A DNA stretch of 64,000 bases from Candidatus Latescibacterota bacterium (lineage in GTDB: Bacteria; Latescibacterota; UBA2968; GCA-2709665), in the NCBI GenBank assembly GCA_965208835.1, contig OZ242358.1:1760001-1824000 (forward strand), read 5' to 3'. Positions 36,716-46,740 of the stretch are shown here, piece by piece. The position numbers were made by a program, and so were the translations under genes. Under the pieces are notes generated by a model, which worked only from the letters and a program-made list of their open reading frames with translations, had not been told where the DNA came from and made no database searches. Every line of letters starts with the position of its first letter. Positions within the stretch are counted from its first letter, which is position 1.

Positions 36716-37900
36716 ATGGCTGAACTGAGATCCAGATACCTCGAGACCGCTGCGGCCAGCGATCTGGTCGACAGGATGGTGTTCGTAGCCGGTCCACGCC
36801 AGGTGGGAAAGACAACGCTCGCTACGCTGCTGGCGAGGCGCTATTCAAACAGCGTCTATTTGAACTGGGACAATCGAAACCATCGGGAACGGATTCTGCG
36901 GCAGGAATGGGACCCCGAAAGTCAGATTCTCGTCTTCGACGAACTTCACAAATTCGATCGCTGGAAAGGACTGATCAAGGGCATCTGGGACACAAGACCG
37001 AACAATGAGCGGATCATCGTAACCGGGAGTTCGAGGCTGGACACGTACCGACGAGGCGGTGACTCACTTCTGGGTCGATACCACCTGTACCGGCTCCACC
37101 CATTCAGCGCGACCGAACTTGAAGGGGATCGGAAAAAGAGCAACGCGCCTGAACCCTTCGAATTGACAATCGGGAAAGGCCGTCCGGACAACGTCCGGCA
37201 TTTGATGGCATACGGAGGTTTCCCCGAGCCGTGCCTCTCGGGACGGTCGCGTACCCACCGCCGCTGGCTTCAGGAACGTTTCGAACGGGTCTTCAGGGAA
37301 GACATACGGGACACGACCGTCGTCAGGTCGCTCTCACAGATCGAACTTCTGGGTGCGATGATGCCTAAACGCGTCGGGTCTCCGCTCTCGTTGAACTCGG
37401 TTTCCGAAGATCTGGAAGTCAGCCCGCACACGGTTCGAAACTGGGTGGACCTGCTGTGCCGGAACTATTACACCTATCCCGTAGCTCCGTATCACCGCCG
37501 CATCGAACGGGCCGTGAAAAAATCGGCCAAATACTATCTGTGGGACTGGTCCGAGGTTGCCGACGAAGGCGCACGATTCGAAAATCTCGTCGCCTCCCAC
37601 CTCCTCAAATTCTGCCATTTCCTTCGAGATGCCGAAGGGATTAAGGCGGAACTGCGTTTACTGCGAGACCGTGAAAAGCGTGAAGTGGACTTTGTGGTTC
37701 TGCTGGATGAAAAACCGTGGTTCCTGGTTGAGTGCAAGCTGACTGCATCCCGAAACCACGGGCACCTCGTTCGTTTTGGCGATCTCCTGAACTTGAAACA
37801 GAGATATGTCGTAACGCTTTCCGAAAGAGACGACTACCAGGATCGTCATACGGGCGTCCGTGTTCTGCCTGCATCCAGGTTTCTGACGGCATTCCCGTAG
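36716..37900 (+). CDS. AAA_14 ATPase with DUF4143 / PD-(D/E)xK-like C-terminus (COG1373)
   Basis: GPRQVGKTT, FDELHK, TGSS, GDSL.GR, GGFPEP, K.YLWD, GARFEN, EVDFV...VECK. Confidence 0.9.
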   Translation: MAELRSRYLETAAASDLVDRMVFVAGPRQVGKTTLATLLARRYSNSVYLNWDNRNHRERILRQEWDPESQILVFDELHKFDRWKGLIKGIWDTRPNNERIIVTGSSRLDTYRRGGDSLLGRYHLYRLHPFSATELEGDRKKSNAPEPFELTIGKGRPDNVRHLMAYGGFPEPCLSGRSRTHRRWLQERFERVFREDIRDTTVVRSLSQIELLGAMMPKRVGSPLSLNSVSEDLEVSPHTVRNWVDLLCRNYYTYPVAPYHRRIERAVKKSAKYYLWDWSEVADEGARFENLVASHLLKFCHFLRDAEGIKAELRLLRDREKREVDFVVLLDEKPWFLVECKLTASRNHGHLVRFGDLLNLKQRYVVTLSERDDYQDRHTGVRVLPASRFLTAFP

Positions 37901-38013
37901 ACAAACCCGAGTCGCCCGCCTGTTTCGCGAGGCGTTCGGTTACAGAAGCGACCTGACAAAGCCCCCGTCCACCTACAGGGACGTGCCGGTGATGTAGCTC
38001 GAACGCACCGACG
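37859..38013. repeat. 155-bp direct repeat, copy 1 (ATPase 3' end + spacer + dead SDR 3' end)
   Basis: Ungapped match to 40022-40176 with about 17 mismatches counted by hand. Confidence 0.92.
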
Positions 38014-38504
38014 GTGAGTTTTATTTAAGAGTCGTGGATGGGGCAATAAGGATCGAATCCTTAAATATCACAAATTACCCGAGTGGGCCCTCAGACGAGG
38101 GAGAAAGGATTCGCTCGATGAGCCTAGGTCAACCTGCCCATGCCTCATGCTGCGAAGGGTTAAATTGAAAAGAGTATCCGAGCACTGGTTGTTTCCCGAT
38201 GTGCCTTAGCATACCTTGGCACGAAAAAAGAATCCCCTGTACTCCACAAGCTAGGGGTCCTATTTTTGCATTATTAACGGGAGCATATTATAGTTTACAT
38301 CATCCTACTCTGACGTAGCCGGGCATAGATGTCAACCATTCGCCGCTCTTGGTAATTAAACGTTACCCTCAGGTCCCATTCCTGCGCCACGCCGCCCTCT
38401 AATGCTGTCAACTATTTGACGCTCCCCGTAATAATTCTCAATTTCAAATCTCGGTATGTATTATCCGTTCTGCAAGCATCAGTCCATTTAACGGGAGAAT
38501 TCCA

Positions 38505-40016
38505 ATGGCTGAACCTGAACATATCGATTTACTCCGTAGTCTAAGTGTTGCAGAGTGGAATGCTCTACGACGAAAAGACAGAAAATTCACGCCAAATTTG
38601 AGAGATGTAGATATTTCAGAATTATTAGAAAACGAAAATAACCAATTCAATGACGATACATTGCGTGAAGCCTATCTTGGACGTTTGTGCGATAAAATCA
38701 ACCTTGAAAATGTCGATCTGAGTGGTGCCGACCTTTGCAACGCGGTACTTTCCGACATTAATCTTTCAAACGCCAATCTTCGTTGTGCCGACCTCAAAGG
38801 ATGTGATTTTAGTGGAGCTATTCTCAATGGCGCAGATTTGGATTTTGCAGATATTCGTGATGCCGATTTTAGCACTACACAATTGCAAGAAGCCCATATT
38901 TCGGGAGAGGCGTCATTTTCGGATGAATTCAATAGTTCATCGGCAGTAGGTACTAATTTCAGCGGGGCCGACCTCACCAATGCAATGCTTGTAAATCGAA
39001 ATTTCGAGGGTGCTTGTTTTTCTTCGGCAAAACTCGAAGGTGCGAATTTGTATCACACACAACCGTGGAAGAGCCCTAATTTTCCTGGATGTATACCCTA
39101 TATAGGATTAGGCGAATATCCCAAAGCAGGAGTGAAAATTGAAGGTGTTCAAGATTTCATAGGAAAGTGTATTGAATTTAGGAATAATCATCCCCAATTG
39201 ATCCTATACTTTCGTGGGGAATCTCGAATATTTCCAGAATTACGACCCTCGATAATGAGAATAAAAAGCGGAAAATACCCATACCTAGAATCAGAAGCGG
39301 AGATGATAATCGACCTAATGTCAAGACGGCCAGAGGAATTTAGTAGCTTGAACTCAGCAATAGCAGATTGGGTGTTGGCCAGACACCATGGATTGCCAAC
39401 GCGCTTGCTCGATATTACTCGAAACCCCCTAGTCGCCCTCTTTCACGCATGCGAGGATAATCTTACCGAGTCAGGACAGGTTCACGTCTTTGGGGTACCT
39501 AAACGGCTGATCAAATCCTTCAACAGTGATTCAATAAGCATCGTCGCAAATTTCGCCAAACTTTCATGCAAGGAGCAAAAACAACTGCTTGGGAAGAAAA
39601 AAGAAGATCCACCCGATCATGTCGACCCCGGAGACGTGGCGATGGGTGGCAACTATCCCACAGCACTGGTCCGACTTTATCATCTAATTCGTCAAGAAAA
39701 ATCCCATTTTCAAAAAAAGATCGATCCGAGGGACTTTTTTCGAGTATTCGTTGTTGAACCACAACAATCATTTGAACGAATTCGAGTACAATCAGGAGCC
39801 TTTTTTATATCGGCGTTTCACGAGCAATTTGACCCAGATAGAATACGAGAAATGGATAATGGTGTCTCAACTTATGAACATAACGGATTCCACGTACGTT
39901 GTGGCCACAAAAGCCGCATTATTAAAGATCTGCAACTTTTAAGAATCACACCTGAGACGCTATATCCCGGCTTAGATGCTGCCTCCACAGCGATTAAAGC
40001 CCAATATACAAGGTAA
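38505..40016 (+). CDS. Pentapeptide-repeat + FRG-domain protein on an AT-rich insert
   Basis: A(D/N)Lxx repeats in the N-terminal half; YFRGE, ARHHGLPTRLLDIT.NPLVALFHAC, RIRVQSGAF, ETLYPGL. Clearly lower GC than the flanks. Confidence 0.9.
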   Translation: MAEPEHIDLLRSLSVAEWNALRRKDRKFTPNLRDVDISELLENENNQFNDDTLREAYLGRLCDKINLENVDLSGADLCNAVLSDINLSNANLRCADLKGCDFSGAILNGADLDFADIRDADFSTTQLQEAHISGEASFSDEFNSSSAVGTNFSGADLTNAMLVNRNFEGACFSSAKLEGANLYHTQPWKSPNFPGCIPYIGLGEYPKAGVKIEGVQDFIGKCIEFRNNHPQLILYFRGESRIFPELRPSIMRIKSGKYPYLESEAEMIIDLMSRRPEEFSSLNSAIADWVLARHHGLPTRLLDITRNPLVALFHACEDNLTESGQVHVFGVPKRLIKSFNSDSISIVANFAKLSCKEQKQLLGKKKEDPPDHVDPGDVAMGGNYPTALVRLYHLIRQEKSHFQKKIDPRDFFRVFVVEPQQSFERIRVQSGAFFISAFHEQFDPDRIREMDNGVSTYEHNGFHVRCGHKSRIIKDLQLLRITPETLYPGLDAASTAIKAQYTR

Positions 40017-40021
40017 ATTCG

Positions 40022-40176
40022 CGTGTCCCCCCAGCGTCAAGATTTCTGACCGCATTCCCTTTGACAAACCCGAGTTGCCCGCATGTTTCGCGAGGCGTCC
40101 GGTTACAGAAGCGACCTGACAAAGCCCCCGTCCACCTGCAGCGACGTGCCGGTGATGTAGCTCGAACGTTCCGACG
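40022..40176. repeat. 155-bp direct repeat, copy 2 (orphan ATPase 3' end + spacer + live SDR 3' end)
   Basis: Encodes RVPPASRFLTAFPL versus RVLPASRFLTAFP* in copy 1. Confidence 0.92.
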
Positions 40177-40891
40177 CCAGGAACACGACGTAATCCGACA
40201 GCTCCTCCACGGTCCCCAGCCGGCCCAGCGGAATGTCCTCAACGAGCGGCCGCATGGCTTCCTGAACGGAAATACCCCCGGTCCTGGCGGTTTCCTCGAA
40301 CTCCTCCCGCAGAAGTTCGGTATCGATAAACCCGGTGCACACATTGTTCACAAGTATCCGGTCCCGCGCGTATTCGTTCGCGAGGGTCCTGGCCGCGCCC
40401 GCAACTGCCGTCCTCAACACGTTCGATACCGTATTTCCGGCCGGCTGCTTGACCGCGAACGCGCACAGGTTGATGATCCTGCCGCCGCCCCTCGCCTGCA
40501 TCAGCGGAACGGCGCGCCTGCACATCCGGAGCACGTAGTTCAGGATCAGGTCCGTATACTCCCGCCACATCGCTTCCGTTACTTCTGCGAAAGGCATCGC
40601 GTCCGGACCTCCGGAGTTGTTCACGAGGATATCGATACCGCCAAACGCCTCCACGGTTTCCCTGGTCAGTCGATCAACGGTCTCCTCAACGGAGAGGTCT
40701 CCGACCACGGTTAGCACTTCCGATCCAGTAAGGTCCCGGATCTCCGCGGCGGCAGCCTCCAAACGACCCTCGTTCCTCGCGCACACGGCAACGCGCGCGC
40801 CTTCCCGGGCAAGCGCCATCGCGCACCCCTTCCCCAGGCCGCGGCTCGCGCCCCCGACAATCGCCACCCTGTCTTTCAGTCCCATATCCAT
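40103..40891 (-). CDS. SDR-family oxidoreductase (FabG-like, atypical active site)
   Basis: GASRGLG, DILVNNSGGP, SNVLR in place of YxxxK, YITG..LQVDGG. Confidence 0.9.
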   Translation of the reverse strand: MDMGLKDRVAIVGGASRGLGKGCAMALAREGARVAVCARNEGRLEAAAAEIRDLTGSEVLTVVGDLSVEETVDRLTRETVEAFGGIDILVNNSGGPDAMPFAEVTEAMWREYTDLILNYVLRMCRRAVPLMQARGGGRIINLCAFAVKQPAGNTVSNVLRTAVAGAARTLANEYARDRILVNNVCTGFIDTELLREEFEETARTGGISVQEAMRPLVEDIPLGRLGTVEELSDYVVFLASERSSYITGTSLQVDGGFVRSLL

Positions 40892-41095
40892 GCGAAAACC
40901 TCCCATTCGACAGAATTGATTTGGAACGTCCGTTTGTCCGGGCGTACGCCGCGGGCAACAGACTTGCTCATTTTGATTGACATTCGTTCGCGCCGCGCGC
41001 ATGATTGCGCTTGCGGCCGTCCGGCAGATACAGGCCCGCGGCCGGCATTTCCCCGGAGCCCGGAATCAACCCGCTAACGAACAAGAGGCAAAGGC

Positions 41096-42967
41096 ATGAG
41101 ATCGACACGGATTCTCGCGGACAATTTCCGCCATCACGGCCCCGCCACCCGCAGCAGCCATCCGAGAGGCACGGTTGCGGCCGCCGCCGGAGACGGCCGG
41201 AACGTCGTCCTCGTCTGGCTGTTCGACCATCGCGGCGGGTACGCGCTGCTGGTCATCGATGCCGCGACCGGCAAGAGCAGTGAATTTCCGGTACCCTTTC
41301 CACCCGGAGGCGATTGCCCCTACGCGTCGCTCCTGTCCAGCCGAAACTGCTTCTACACGCACTTCAATGGCTATTTCGTGGAGTTCGACGTTAATGCGAT
41401 GGACTATACGTTCTGCCACCAGACGGCGCCGCGAATGGCGATGGGACTGACCGAAGACGACACGGGCGTGATCTGGTCTTCGACATATCCACAGAGCGGG
41501 CTTGCGTCTTACGATCCACAAAACGGTGTGTTCAGGGACTACGGACACCTGTACAGGCAGAACTGGCGCCAGTATCCCACCACACTTGCCACCGACGACA
41601 CCGGCTGGGTCTACTTCGGCATCGGGACGACGCTGTGCCAGGTCATCGCGTTCGACCGTAAGGCCGAATCGGCAACACCGATCCTCGCGGAAGACGAACG
41701 GTCGCGCGGCAGCGCATCCGTCTACAGGGACCTCAATGGCAAGGTCTATGCCCTGCCGCCAACGGGAACCCCCTGGCCCGGAGACAACCCGGATGCGGAG
41801 ACATGGTACGAACTCCATGGGGGAGAGCGCAAGACAGTACCCCGGCGGGAACGGCACGATAAGCACTATATCGAGGGAGATGCCGGGCACGTCCATCCCC
41901 ATTTCCCGGACGGGAGCGAACTTCTGAAATGCTGCCTCGTCGACCGCGTGTTATCCGTGCAGGATCCCAACGGCGATCGATCGCCGGACGTGTCGTTCGA
42001 CTACACCAGCGAAGGCGCGCACATCATGGGCGTCGCTGCCGCGCCGGACGGCACGATCTGCGGCGGCACGTTCTTCCCAAGACGCACGTTCAGCTATCGC
42101 CCCGAGACCGACGCCTGGATCGAGCGGGAGAGTTTCGGCCAGTGGAATACCGTGGGCCGCCAGGGCGACCGGTTCTTCGTTGGCGGTTACGGCAGCGGCG
42201 CACTCCTGGAATGGGACCCGTACAAACCGTGGGTGACAACTGAAAAGGAGAACCCGGCTTCGAACCCCTTCTTCCACCGGACCTGTACGCCCACGATGCA
42301 TCGACCGCACAAGCTGCTCGTTCATCCCGACGGCAAGACGCTGGTGGTGGCGGGGACCCCCGGCTATGGCTATACGGGCGGCGGGCTGCTTTTCTGGAAC
42401 TGCGAGCGGCGAAACGGGACCCTGCTCGAACATACGGACCTGTTGCCGGACCACTCCACGGCGAGCCTCGCGGCGCTTCCCGGGAGCAAGCTCCTGGGAG
42501 GCACGACAACCAACCCCGGGACGGGGGGTGAGCAGAAGGCAGCCGAAGCCGAACTCTACATTCTGGATATGGAAACAAGAAAGCTGGAATGGCGACAGGT
42601 CCTCTTCCCGGGGGCGCAGGAATACACGGACCTGTGTATGGGGCGGGACGGTCTCGCTTACGGTTTTGTCGACCGGGCGTGTTTTTTCGTCTTCTGCCCC
42701 GACAGACGGGAAGTCATTCACCAGGAAGAAACGGAGCGGACTTTCGGTCCAACGGCGCACCAGCAGGGGCCGCGCGTCTTCGTGACCGCTCCCGACGGTG
42801 CGGTCTACGTCCTGTTCGAAAAGGGCATCGCCCGCATCGAGAGCGGTACGTTCGCGTTCGAAAACTTCGTCTCCTCACCGGTGCCCGTCAGCAATGGCGG
42901 AGACTGTCTCAACGGGCGCATCTATTTCACCAGCGACTCCCACCTCTACAGCTGGGAAATCCCGTAA
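41096..42967 (+). CDS. Hypothetical double beta-propeller protein
   Basis: 623 aa with repeated blade-like motifs (DDTG.IW..TYP, PDGT.CGG, GTPGYG..GGGL); TTGACA-N17-CATGAT upstream. Confidence 0.72.
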   Translation: MRSTRILADNFRHHGPATRSSHPRGTVAAAAGDGRNVVLVWLFDHRGGYALLVIDAATGKSSEFPVPFPPGGDCPYASLLSSRNCFYTHFNGYFVEFDVNAMDYTFCHQTAPRMAMGLTEDDTGVIWSSTYPQSGLASYDPQNGVFRDYGHLYRQNWRQYPTTLATDDTGWVYFGIGTTLCQVIAFDRKAESATPILAEDERSRGSASVYRDLNGKVYALPPTGTPWPGDNPDAETWYELHGGERKTVPRRERHDKHYIEGDAGHVHPHFPDGSELLKCCLVDRVLSVQDPNGDRSPDVSFDYTSEGAHIMGVAAAPDGTICGGTFFPRRTFSYRPETDAWIERESFGQWNTVGRQGDRFFVGGYGSGALLEWDPYKPWVTTEKENPASNPFFHRTCTPTMHRPHKLLVHPDGKTLVVAGTPGYGYTGGGLLFWNCERRNGTLLEHTDLLPDHSTASLAALPGSKLLGGTTTNPGTGGEQKAAEAELYILDMETRKLEWRQVLFPGAQEYTDLCMGRDGLAYGFVDRACFFVFCPDRREVIHQEETERTFGPTAHQQGPRVFVTAPDGAVYVLFEKGIARIESGTFAFENFVSSPVPVSNGGDCLNGRIYFTSDSHLYSWEIP

Positions 42968-43184
42968 CCGGAGCCCGGCTGCGCAGGTGACAGCGGGGAA
43001 CGCAGGTTGGCAGCGTTCGGCGCGATCGTGTCAGCCTTCAAGGATTCCCCGAAGCCGGTCGCCCAGATCCGCCCTGACTTCCGGTTGCGGTTCCATCATG
43101 CGCCGGTCTCGCAGCGAACCTCCCGGTTCGCGCGCCGGAGCGCCCGTTTGGACGTCGGACCCCATTGTGGACTCCCGATAATGC

Positions 43185-43919
43185 CTATGAATTGGGACCA
43201 AATGCTTCTCTCTTCCAATTCTCGTAAAACGCCCTCGCATAGCCTCTGAAAACGTCCAGACGTTCGGTCACCGCCCGCTCGAAATCGTGCATGGCATCCG
43301 CTCCCAGTGTCTCGAGCAGGGCTTCGTGATAGGCGGGAACGGCGTCCCATTCCGCTATTGTCTCCGCCGTAATCTCGATGTGAAACTGGGCGGTGATCGC
43401 ATGATTCCCCATACTCATCGCCTGGACCGCGCACAGCTCGGACGACGCAAGGACTTCCAGATCTCCGGGAACGGTCTTCACCGCCGAACTGTGCCACTGA
43501 AGGCAGGGCAGCGTCTCCGGAAAACCACTGAAGAATCCACTGGCCATACCCGGTGGCGTCAGGCGAACATCCATCACCCCCACCTCCGGACTCTCGTTCG
43601 GGCCGACGTGACCGCCCAGTGCCGCGGCAAGCAGCTGATGGCCCAGGCAGATGCCCACGAAGGGCATCCTTTTCTCAACGACAGCGTACCGGATGGCGGC
43701 TTTCTCCTCCACGAGCCACGGGTGCGCGTCCTCCTCCCATACGTCCATCGGACCGCCCATCGCCCACAGCGCGTCGTAGGGGTCCAGATCCGGGATGCGT
43801 TCCCCGGCATCCAGCTCAACGACGTCCCACCGGATCCCGTCCTCTGCGAAGAATTCCCTAAAGAGGCCTGGATGTTCAACGTCAAGATGCTGGAAGACCA
43901 GCAGTCGCTCGAGGGCCAT
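43185..43919 (-). CDS. Type 1 glutamine amidotransferase-like protein
   Basis: MGGPM, GICLGHQLLA, QWH, QFHIE. Confidence 0.9.
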   Translation of the reverse strand: MALERLLVFQHLDVEHPGLFREFFAEDGIRWDVVELDAGERIPDLDPYDALWAMGGPMDVWEEDAHPWLVEEKAAIRYAVVEKRMPFVGICLGHQLLAAALGGHVGPNESPEVGVMDVRLTPPGMASGFFSGFPETLPCLQWHSSAVKTVPGDLEVLASSELCAVQAMSMGNHAITAQFHIEITAETIAEWDAVPAYHEALLETLGADAMHDFERAVTERLDVFRGYARAFYENWKREAFGPNS

Positions 43920-44167
43920 CATTGCCTCCGGGGTTTTCCTTCTGGATTCCTGGCTGCGGATTCGATATCTTGAGCCTGCGGCCCCTGAGCACTCGCCCTG
44001 CCTGTGTTGCTTGCACTGAGCTTGACGAAGTGGCTTATCGAAGCAAGTCTGTCGATGAAAGCTTGTCGAAATGTCGAATGGCCGACGGGTGTAGAGGGGC
44101 GGAAAGACGCCGGGGGGCCGACTCAGATCTGAGCCACAACGTCCAACGAATCCGTGAGACGGATGCG

Positions 44168-44881
44168 ATGAATCTCCTGCGAAAATGCGGCGCGGAATTC
44201 ATCGGCGCCTTTGCCATCGTGCTGGGGGGGTGCGGCGCCGTTGCCGTGAACCAGATCAGCGGCGGCGCCGTATCCCACGTGGGCGTCGCCACGTCGTTCG
44301 GCCTGATCGTGATGACGATGGTTTACGCCACCGGCCACATCTCGGGCGCGCACTTCAATCCCGCAGTCACAATCGCCTTTTCCTTCACACGTCATTTTCC
44401 CAGGCGGGAAATCCTCCCATACATTGCTGCCCAGTGCCTCGGCGCGGTCCTCGCCAGCGGCATCCACCTCGCCACCCTGTCACCCGTCCTGGAAGCCAGG
44501 CTTCCCGGTCAGGAGCTCGATCTGGGCGTCACCCAGCCGCTGGACGGCGTGTGGACCACGGCCTTCGTATGGGAGTTCCTGCTCGCGTTTCTGCTGATGG
44601 TCGTGATCATGGCGGTTGCCACTGACTACCGCGCCACCGGTCAGGCCGCCGGTCTGGCCATTGGGGGCACGATTGGGTTCGAGGCCATGTTCGCAGGCCC
44701 CATCTGCGGCGCATCCATGAATCCCGCCCGCAGCCTGGGCCCGGCCCTGGCCTCCGGCAACTGGCTGCATTTTTCGGCGTATGCCGCCGGACCCATACTG
44801 GGCGCGCTTGCCGGGGCCCTCTTTTACGAGTTCATCCGGTGCCACCGCGACGGAGGGACGGAAGTCAAGGGCTGCTGCTGA
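44168..44881 (+). CDS. MIP-family channel (NIP/AqpS-like aquaporin) with C-terminal Cys-Cys
   Basis: AEFIG, ISGAHFNPAVT, GASMNPARSLGPA; ends RCHRDGGTEVKGCC. Confidence 0.9.
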   Translation: MNLLRKCGAEFIGAFAIVLGGCGAVAVNQISGGAVSHVGVATSFGLIVMTMVYATGHISGAHFNPAVTIAFSFTRHFPRREILPYIAAQCLGAVLASGIHLATLSPVLEARLPGQELDLGVTQPLDGVWTTAFVWEFLLAFLLMVVIMAVATDYRATGQAAGLAIGGTIGFEAMFAGPICGASMNPARSLGPALASGNWLHFSAYAAGPILGALAGALFYEFIRCHRDGGTEVKGCC

Positions 44882-44945
44882 AGTGCGGCCTTTCGACAGG
44901 CTGACGCCGCCTTCGAGAAAATTCAGCAATTCACCGCGAGCCGGT

Positions 44946-45782
44946 TCATAACACCAGCGCAACCGCCAGAACGGCCAGCGCCACCCCGGCCGCGGCGGCC
45001 CGACTTAGCCGTTCCTTCCAGAGGAAATGGGCAGACAGGTTGTCAAGCAGGATTACGCTGCAACCCGTGGCCGGAAAAAACAGCGTTCCCGGAATTCGAC
45101 TGAGGGTAAGCATGATGACGGACAGGGCCAGGGCGTTGTACGCGCCAAGGCCGATCCCCGTCACGAGTTCCAACCGCTCGGGACGACGCAACCTTCCTGC
45201 AATGAAGATGTAGCCGATTGTACCGGCGGTGGCGCCCATCACCGTCAGTATCTGGACAAATTCCCCGTCGAGTCCGGCATAGTGAACCGAACGCAGGCAG
45301 GAGTGACTCAATCCCTGGGCGAGGAAAACCGCGATCAACAGGCCGAAGGTTCGGCGGCCCGTCGCGCGGACGTTTGCCCCTGCGCCCGACGTCATCAACA
45401 CCAGTGCGGGGAACGCGAGCAGGATTCCACCGAATTGTGAGGGTACAACCGGTTCCTGCCAGAGCCAGATTCCAAGGGCGACGGGCACCGCAATGGACAT
45501 GCGAAACGCCGTCAGCACGGCTCCAACGGATGCGATTTCCAGGACGCGCATCATCAACGACATTGAACCGATGAATACGGCGCCGGTGATCAGGCCGGTC
45601 TGCAATGCCGCGGCCGAAAACGTAAACCGGTCCGTGGCCAGGAGGTAGGTGGCCAGGACCGCGGAGAGTACCAGGTAATTGGTGGATACGACGGCGGGAG
45701 CGTAATAGCCGCGGCGCTGGGAGAATTTGCAGATCTGGACGAATCCGAAATCGAGCAGAATCGCGAATATCAGCCAGGACAA
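44946..45782 (-). CDS. DMT/EamA-like membrane transporter
   Basis: About 10 hydrophobic helices in two repeats; LWQE and LWKERL loop motifs. Confidence 0.75.
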   Translation of the reverse strand: MSWLIFAILLDFGFVQICKFSQRRGYYAPAVVSTNYLVLSAVLATYLLATDRFTFSAAALQTGLITGAVFIGSMSLMMRVLEIASVGAVLTAFRMSIAVPVALGIWLWQEPVVPSQFGGILLAFPALVLMTSGAGANVRATGRRTFGLLIAVFLAQGLSHSCLRSVHYAGLDGEFVQILTVMGATAGTIGYIFIAGRLRRPERLELVTGIGLGAYNALALSVIMLTLSRIPGTLFFPATGCSVILLDNLSAHFLWKERLSRAAAAGVALAVLAVALVL

Positions 45783-45876
45783 TTCAGGCGCCTCTTCCGT
45801 CTGGTGTTCTGTCCCAGAAACAGGATGTCGAATGGTTCGATATTTCTAGGACGGGACACCGGGTCGGGAAAGAAAG

Positions 45877-46647
45877 CTACTCTCCCCATGCCTTCCGGAT
45901 CCACGGCAGGGCCGCGCGCAAGGGCTCGACAAACAGTTCGACCTGGTAGTGGGTCACGTCCTGGACGACGATCATCTCAATCTGCACGTCCACTTCTTTC
46001 AGCGCCCGCACTGTCGTTTCCACGGGTTCGAACGCGACCACTTCATCGGCGACGCTGTGGATGACGAGCAGAGGAACCTGCCAGTCGACTTCGGTTGCAT
46101 CTTCCTCCGGACTCGCCGATATGGGAATCGCGGCCCGGAACACGTCCGGATGCCGCGCCGCAAGATACCAGGCGCCCCGGCCGCCCAAGCTGAAACCCGT
46201 CACAAGTGTTTTGGATTCGTCGATCGCGTAATTTGCCTTGATCTCCCGGATCAGATCCAGCACCTGCTTCTCGCTTTCCGCGTTGTCCCAACCCTGCGCC
46301 ACCGCTTCGGGCGCCACGATAATCGCTCCGAGATCCTCCAGCGCGGGCGATACGAGGACTTCCAGCAGCCGACTTCCGTAATAGGGCACGACGATACCGC
46401 CGTAATGCAGCGACAGAATGAGAGGCGCGGGTTGTCCGGCGTTGTATCCCGTCGGGATGAGAAGGGTGTATCGCTGGTCGGGGGACAGGACTCTGTTATA
46501 GATACCCGGTGCCTGCGGCATGGCGTCCTCTTCGGGCCCGGACGGATCGTCTGAACCGCAGGCTGCCGCCATGGATGCAAGCATTCCCGCCAGTAACCAG
46601 TGAGCCACTAGCGATTTTTTTCTTAACCCCTCGCGTGAGTTTGTCAT
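45877..46647 (-). CDS. Alpha/beta-hydrolase lipoprotein (predicted peptidase/esterase)
   Basis: Lipobox AAAC; PLILSLHYGG, GFSLGG nucleophile elbow, HS..DEVV. Confidence 0.85.
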   Translation of the reverse strand: MTNSREGLRKKSLVAHWLLAGMLASMAAACGSDDPSGPEEDAMPQAPGIYNRVLSPDQRYTLLIPTGYNAGQPAPLILSLHYGGIVVPYYGSRLLEVLVSPALEDLGAIIVAPEAVAQGWDNAESEKQVLDLIREIKANYAIDESKTLVTGFSLGGRGAWYLAARHPDVFRAAIPISASPEEDATEVDWQVPLLVIHSVADEVVAFEPVETTVRALKEVDVQIEMIVVQDVTHYQVELFVEPLRAALPWIRKAWGE

Positions 46648-46740
46648 ATCTTCCCCGTTGTTGTCCTCCAGAACGACTCGCCCCGCCTAAATATACGGTA
46701 TCGGCGACTTACAACAAAACATGATATCGAAGGAAATTCC

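Noticed and set aside
44879-44910. Aquaporin stop TGA after Cys-Cys read as selenocysteine
   Set aside because: The downstream hairpin loop is too close (about +11), begins with pyrimidines, and is better explained as a REP-like remnant.
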